This document shows, piece after piece, positions 57,701-64,000 of a DNA stretch of 64,000 nucleotides. Location: NCBI GenBank assembly GCA_051362555.1, contig CM120640.1, forward strand, positions 46,974,788 to 47,038,787. Direction: 5' to 3'. Below the pieces are notes generated by a model. The model worked only from the letters and a program-made list of their open reading frames with translations. It was not told the DNA's origin and made no database searches. Source of the DNA: Lingula anatina. Lineage: Eukaryota > Animalia > Brachiopoda. Position numbers and translations under genes: made by a program. The number at the start of each line of letters is the position of its first letter. Within the stretch, counting starts at the first letter, position 1.

Positions 57701-60700
57701 TATATAAAGAGATTCTATGAATCGTGCATACTAATCCGATATCGTGTTTGAAAGATTTAGCTGTGCCGATGTAACGTGACAGAGAGCCCGCTTCTCATTC
57801 ATTTGTACAGGTAAGACTCGCCCTAGATTTTGACCTTCTCAGGTCAGGTTAACTCTAACCACTATAACTATATGGAGGGAGGACTTTCTGTTACGTGGAC
57901 CCTCAGTTTCGTAATACTGGGTATCAGCTAGTTTATATGTAATATAAAGCATTAAAAAGTGTACATCGTATGTAGTCACAACGAGTGGTGCTTGCGTGTA
58001 CCACATAGGGCCTATTCCTTCATAAAAGGATAACTTCCAAAAACGAGTATAGTAGTAAAGGCACCCTCCTTAGAAAAAGAAGTATTTGGAGATAAAAGAG
58101 GCTGCTGGCCACGCGATTAGAAAGATTGTACTCCAACCATAATGACTTACATACATAAGGAGCTGTCGAGCGTATTCACTATAAGACTACATACTAGCGG
58201 AATTTACTTGTCTTTAAAGAACTTACTTTGAATTCAGTCGCCAAGGTGCCGTATCCAAGTTTCAAGAGTAAACTTTTAATTAACATTTTAACTAACATGT
58301 TTGTCTCATTAGAGAAATCAATACCTCGTTTAGATCCGGTGATTTGTTTGGCGGCATTCACGACTTGGCCCCAGAGGCTTCCAAGATCCTGCTTGTAGGG
58401 TCTCAAGAACTCGACAACCTCTTCGGTGACGGCCAGGCTAGCATTCTTAGCGTGCTCAATGTACTGAAAGGGATCGATGGATTTCAACATTATAATGTTT
58501 TAATAGGTCGTATATAATTCAAATGATTCAGACCACCATAAAGTATTTTCAGCAAGTTGGATTTATATAAACACAAACGCTTTTTTTTTTGGAAATTTGT
58601 CTTATGGCAACACGTTGAAAAAATACCTCTTGTGCAACAAGTTTGACGTTATCGAAGCGTCCCTGAACTTTTCCCCACAGGTCTCCTGCGTATTGCTTCA
58701 CAAAAGCTGAAAGGTCACTGAATTTGGCACCCAAGCTTCCTAGGAGTTTAGACAAAGATTCCCTCAAATTCGCCCACCAGTCAAGAACACCACGGTCAGC
58801 TAGAACCAGGGCGACGGTCTAGAATATAAATAATGATAAAAAACCCCATTCCCATAGATATTTAGATCGATCTATCTATCTCCGCGGGGAGTCTCACTAG
58901 ATTGCTGTCAGATTAGCCGGCTTAAATGTCTGTCCCGCCTACTAAAAGCTGTAAGGGGGTAATTAACTTTCGTGCGCGCTCGGCTGACAGCAATTTTGCG
59001 TGAACCCCCAGGGAGTTAGGTCGATCCAAATGGATCGATCTAAATCTGTGGGAACCCAGTCTAATTATTCATTACTTGATAAAAAAATGAGATCACGTAC
59101 AGAGACGAAAGATTGCTAAAAATTTCACTCGCATTACAATATTGATACGAATGATGTACTGATATACGAATGATAAATTAAGCCGTTGTGCCTTAAATTC
59201 CTGCGATTGTTACTTCACATAGTCGCCTTTACCTCATTGAGGAGTTCTTGCTCGAAGTTTTCAAAGAGATCACGCTTGCCTGTAAAATGAAGTTAATGAA
59301 GAAAATGGAGAGATCACGGAGCTGTTGAAAATTAAATGTACATGCATTCACTACAATTATCCCATGTGTACATAAACTTTAAGCTGAATTTGCCTTAGAC
59401 CTAAAGAGAAAGAGTAAAATGTCATAAGTTAATTTAGAAAAAAAACCGAACTCTTAGAAACAGAGTGCATAGACCAATGAGCCAAGAAAGTAGCTAGAGG
59501 CATAGTTAATGGCTCGTTGGAAATTGCAAAAAACATAAAAACGTCACTTTCAGCATAATAGGACACTGACGAAATTACCAACGGTTAATTCAGCACCAGA
59601 TTGGTTTTTATCTCTTTAAATTATATCTTGATTAAGGAAAAAAATGCAACGATAAGAACAGTATGCTTACCGAAAATCCCGGCCACCCAGTCAGTGAAAC
59701 CAGAGAGCTGGTCTTTCAGACTACTCATAATGGCCTTGGCATCGGCCAGGTACTTGCCACCAAGTACCTTAAGTTGCTCGGCCAGCTCTTGGGCCTGTTC
59801 AAGGAGAGCCTTGCTGACCTTGTATAAATTTAAGGTTAAGTTGTTAGAGGAAATGGTGGTCTTAGCAAATTATATTTATTATCTGGTGATTGAACATTTT
59901 TGAAACCAATAAAAACTTTAAGAAGACATAAAAGCAAATCATTTACTACATACAACGTTAATATCAAGTTTATTTTCTGTTCATTTATTGTTTTTAATGA
60001 TAATTCTCAAATTCATTTTAATGGACATATACATTCGCAAACATACGTGGTGTGTTTTTGCTAGGGCTTCGTTTATCTTATCGGTAACATCCTTCAGTTT
60101 TTCCTCCAGAGTCTGTCCAAGGGCAGTCTGAGTTGCCCTTGCAATTCTGTAATCAAAATTTCTTACTTCCTCAAGATTATTTATAATGGATTATCTCAAT
60201 AGTAAAAGCAAAAGAATGACTACTTTTATCCGAGATGATATGGAAGACATAAGCAACAACTTTGCAATGACTTTTCAAAGAGAAAATGACTTAAAGGGAT
60301 AACAACTATTCATTTTGGCCAAAATATGAATTTTCTTGGGGTAAAGGACAAATTTTACATACTTCCCAATGGTTAATGAATCCATTCCCACATTCAAAGT
60401 TAGTCCCTGTTTTTTTTTTCTAAAAAGTTATTCTCTTAAGAGATTATTACAAAATATATCCATCTATGGAGATCACGTGATATGATGGCAAGCACAAACT
60501 CCAGAATAAATACATTAACTGTGGTTTTGGTGGTAAAATAGACTTTATTTATTTCTGTGAGTTGTTTGCAATGTATTTATAGTGATTTATGGATATCTTA
60601 CGAACAGTTGCTATCCCTTTAAATTACAAACCAGCCGCGATACATGTAGATTGTACAAATTGGTCACGATCATATACATATATGGCGGCTAGAACGTGGT

Positions 60701-61088
60701 TAAGTTGGTAAAGATTCTGGAAGTAGTAACTGTTACTTACGGGTTTGTATCACGAATATGACGTGGTGAGTTGATTTCACTCACGAGAGCCGAAATCTCA
60801 TTGTCCAGATTCACTGCAAAAGAAATTGTGAATAGTCAGAAGGCACGTAGCTAACGACACATGGTGATCGTGATAAATGCTATTTATTTTTTGCTTAAAA
60901 ACAGTAACGGATAGTTTTAAATCCACGAATTGCTGTTTGCTGGGAACAGAATAGGTCTAAGACTCCATTGCATATGCAACTTTAAACATGTAACTGAAAA
61001 GAAAAAAACTTAATAAACACTTACGGCGAACGAAATCGGCCTGGGCACCAACAAAGGCGGCAACAAGTACAAGTAACAAGACCTTCAT
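51734..61088 (-). CDS. Uncharacterised secreted amphipathic-helical (apolipoprotein-like) precursor, ~494 aa, (A-B)x2 internal repeat with dibasic sites
   Basis: Twelve coding exons, all GT-AG with matching phases, 1485 nt in total: 61088-61025, 60813-60741, 60146-60047, 59818-59671, 59279-59233, 58818-58627, 58463-58325, 57055-56962, 55608-55509, 55092-54867, 54320-54148, 51862-51734. Signal peptide MKVLLLVLVAAFVGAQA. No Cys. The structure is well supported, but the function is unknown. Confidence 0.85.
55799..56915. mobile_element. DNA-transposon-like insertion with subterminal arrays of short 'ggact..tt(a/c)ct / gtaat..gtcc' repeats
   Basis: Starts ccggtgtaacagtaatccaagtcc. Repeat clusters lie at 55805-55995 and 56778-56915. 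The right terminus is not clearly preserved. Confidence 0.55.
58843..59061 (-). mobile_element. ~215-bp MITE, copy 2 (inverted relative to 43220-43434)
   Basis: Reverse complement aligns over its length with copy 1 (e.g. cctaactccctgggggttcacgc, gctgtcagccgagcg, aagttaattacccccttacagct). It sits ~25 nt from an acceptor. Confidence 0.8.
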
Positions 61089-61343
61089 AATTGCTGAAAT
61101 AAAACAACCAACATATAAACTCAGAGATACTCACATATTCAAAATATTTGACAGATTACATCAGAAAATCTTTTATGTCACACGGGTTCCCAAAAAGGCT
61201 GTAAGTTCCCAATAAGAATAATTAATGATATCCAAAACCCAATGCATTCTATTCCAAACTGCAGATTGACATCCGGTAACTCAATAAAACGACAAGAATT
61301 TATAATTTTTAATTTACTAGGTAACTTTATGACCTCAACTTAC

Positions 61344-61402
61344 CTTGCTGCCCGAATGAATATATGGAGTGAATTGCCACAGAACCACATCGGTTTTTAT
61401 AG
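61344..61402 (-). promoter_or_regulatory. TATA box, initiator and short non-coding first exon of the helical precursor gene
   Basis: TATAAAAA on the minus strand at ~61401-61394, an Inr-like TCACTC ~25-30 nt downstream, and donor aag|gtaagt at 61344. Confidence 0.65.
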
Positions 61403-61859
61403 TTTTACAGTGTGAGAGTGCACGGTATGTGTCTTATCTTACGTGACGAGGTGGGAGGCAGTACGGGACAGGAGGCGTCACCTTTCAACACGCATTTAGT
61501 ACAAGACGTGATTAGGGGTGTGTATTTGGAATTACGATGACTGTTAAGAGACACATATTCTCCCTTCTTATAAAGTACTTATCATACTTAGACGTCTATT
61601 ACAATTTTGATTTAGAAATGTGCCCGGTAGTCAAAATTCCTTTGTCTTTCTTACATATTGTATTCGCTCATTGCTTTCTTGTCAAGAACATTCTCATACT
61701 CAGCTTTGTAGGCCCAGTGCATGATCTTTAATCGACAATATACTTCATATTCATTGAGGTCAGGAAGGCGATACCGCCTCCGGCTATTGTACCACCAGCT
61801 GGAGTAAGCGCATTCGTATGGAAAACAAAGAAAAAAAAATTTGTTGAAAATAACAATTT

Positions 61860-62700
61860 ATAACAAAATCATGGGGAAAAGTAAAAGGTCAAATTCAAAT
61901 TTGTGAATTGCAGTTCATAGCGAAAATTAGGTCAAAGATCAAATTCAAGGTCCTAGGAGACGGTCAATATGTGAGTTCCAATTCAAGTTCAGTAGTATCT
62001 AAAGGCATATCTCCGCCAGTTCTGGAGATATAAGGGACGGAAAGTTCATGGTGAAAAGTAGGTCAAAAGTCAATTTCAAAGTTGTCAGTATGACATTCAC
62101 AATTTAAGGGGGCAACCATTCCCGGTTATGCTTACACGATCATTATTCACTTTCACACGTGTTGTGATAGGAAAGTTGCAAATAACCAACTCGCATATCC
62201 GCTGTCTTCATGTTTTATGAGAATTTTGTCTTTATTTTTCAGACCCACTTATGCTTTACTCATAATACGCCCCAGCAAGCTTTGTGGATCTATCTGTACA
62301 TCATTTGAACTCAGAAATATAACAATATGTTTTTTGTTCAAGTTTTATTCTTGCCGCTATTAACTATAAACCGGAAAGAAATTGCTCTTCCATCGAAAAC
62401 CACTTAAAATTAACTATTGTACTAATCTGCAAGTAAGATGCAAGATATGGTGGTATGGCAGTTACAGAGAGTTCACTCTTCCAGCTGTTTTCAGCATATG
62501 GGAAAAGCTGAGCCCCCCTTCCTTTGTTACAAAAAGGGAGTAGGGGTTAGGTCACCCGCTAACAGCATTGCTACGGAAAAGTTGCAAAGTTCAGTTCATA
62601 GTAAAAAGTAGGTCAAAGGCAATTTTCAAGGTCACAGATTGTCAGTATATGACTTCCTAGTGACCATGGGTGTATCTCTGCTAATTAAGGGGTTATTTCA
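61860..62700. repeat. Degenerate repeat element with recurring 'aaaagtaggtcaaa..caa(a)tt(t)caa' units
   Basis: The motif recurs at ~61878, ~61925, ~62054 and ~62603. Probably the internal repeats of a non-autonomous element. Confidence 0.45.
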
Positions 62701-62971
62701 CATTAATATTTTTATGAATATTGCGACGTTGTACATTTTGATATGGCGCAACTTGCAAACCGTATGGAAAAAACGGATACCACCCCCAGTGTGGCGCTTG
62801 ACAAGCTTTATACAATGCAAAAAACAAGAGGTTTCTAGCAGTTATGGATGACATGGATCCAGAATTACTGCAAGCAGTATCAAATCAATTGAGTTATGGG
62901 GTGCTTTCTCCTAAAATAAAGGCTACAGTCGAGAACGTAAGACCAGTTTATATTTATTCTTTAAAGAGAGT

Positions 62972-63460
62972 AAGATGGCTTTGAGAGAGTATTTCAGCAG
63001 GTGTCTATATTTTGTAAAGCTTTTCTGGAAGAGGCCATGGTGGCCTAGAAAAATGATACACATGAATCAGCATCTGTGATGCGTGGCTTTTGACAGCGCA
63101 GAAAAGGCTTCTTCCAATTTTGAAATAGCTAAAACCAAGAAATTCTGCTTTAAAGAAAAAAGAAGACATTTTCTTTGGTTTTGGGGTACAATATGTATCT
63201 GTAATTACAATATCAAGGACAAGATTTTATACATTTTTCATATTAAAGAAAAACGATTCTTTACATAGTTTAATCAAATTTGTACATCACATATTTCGTG
63301 TGCATTGTCCTTTTCATTTCTTTCTTGTTGATTTTACTGTTTGATAAAGTTATAGGTAATCTATGCAAATTTTGTCTGCCAAAACAAATATTTTTCAGGG
63401 GAATTTTTTCTCCTATTCACATATCATTACTCAACCTTTCCCTGTACTTGGATTGGATGT
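62972..63460 (+). pseudogene. Orphan duplicate of the ACP1 last exon plus 3' UTR
   Basis: Reads DGFERVFQQVSIFCKAFLEEAMVA* (62974-63048), followed by sequence collinear with the ACP1 UTR 50620-51040. The preceding GAA codon has become TAA and there is no in-frame acceptor. Confidence 0.85.
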
Positions 63461-64000
63461 TTTATTCCATTTTAATTTAATAATTTAGTTAAAATTGGCT
63501 GGCCGGTTAAGTCATTTGTTTAACATTTTCTGTAATGACATCAACAATTCACTTTCGGCCATTTCCACTTCATACCTCTATAAAATGGCACTATGATTTG
63601 TAGTGTGGCCTTGTATCATGTACTGTTGTCGCTTATGACAACAATTTGCGTTTACAATCGATCGTATCACTAGTCAGCTTTGTATTATTATGCAAATCAT
63701 TTACTCTGTATATATACTGTATGCAGCAGTTCTGGGCGCGGCCACGTTGTACTGACGAGCGAAGGCTCAGGTCGTCGAGACTGAAGTTTTAGTAGGCAAA
63801 ATTTGTGGATCAACACTGGACGGGAAAGCCACATTTCTCTGTACGTATTGTATTCAATTCTATTGTTAATCATTTGCACAACATTTCCGTTTTTTTTTTT
63901 TATAATTAATTTATTATTTCTTTTTATATTTGTATTCAATTTATGTTATATTTGTGTATTTTGTATAATTAGTTTGGTATTTATCTTTCATTATTTTGTT

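Overview
Eukaryotic, AT-rich, intron-rich genomic DNA. The gene content and transposon types suggest an invertebrate, probably a mollusc or other lophotrochozoan (inference). No rRNA, intact tRNA or CRISPR array was seen. Exon structures were built by hand from GT-AG boundaries and reading-frame continuity. In order: a decayed transposon-derived block (integrase plus OTU, RPA-like OB folds, Myb/SANT-like; 1-4 kb), an SLC22 transporter (-), a sulfotransferase-like P-loop gene (+) with a Gypsy fragment in intron 1, a CAP/CRISP gene (-), JMJD6 (-), LIX1/LIX1L (-), ACP1/LMW-PTP (+), and an unnamed gene (-) with 12 coding exons. The unnamed gene encodes a ~494-aa secreted, cysteine-free, amphipathic-helical precursor with an (A-B)x2 internal duplication and KR/G-KR cleavage-type sites. 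This precursor and a pair of 114-nt mutually-exclusive-type ACP1 exons are the most notable observations. Several MITE/HINE insertions and local duplications are also present.
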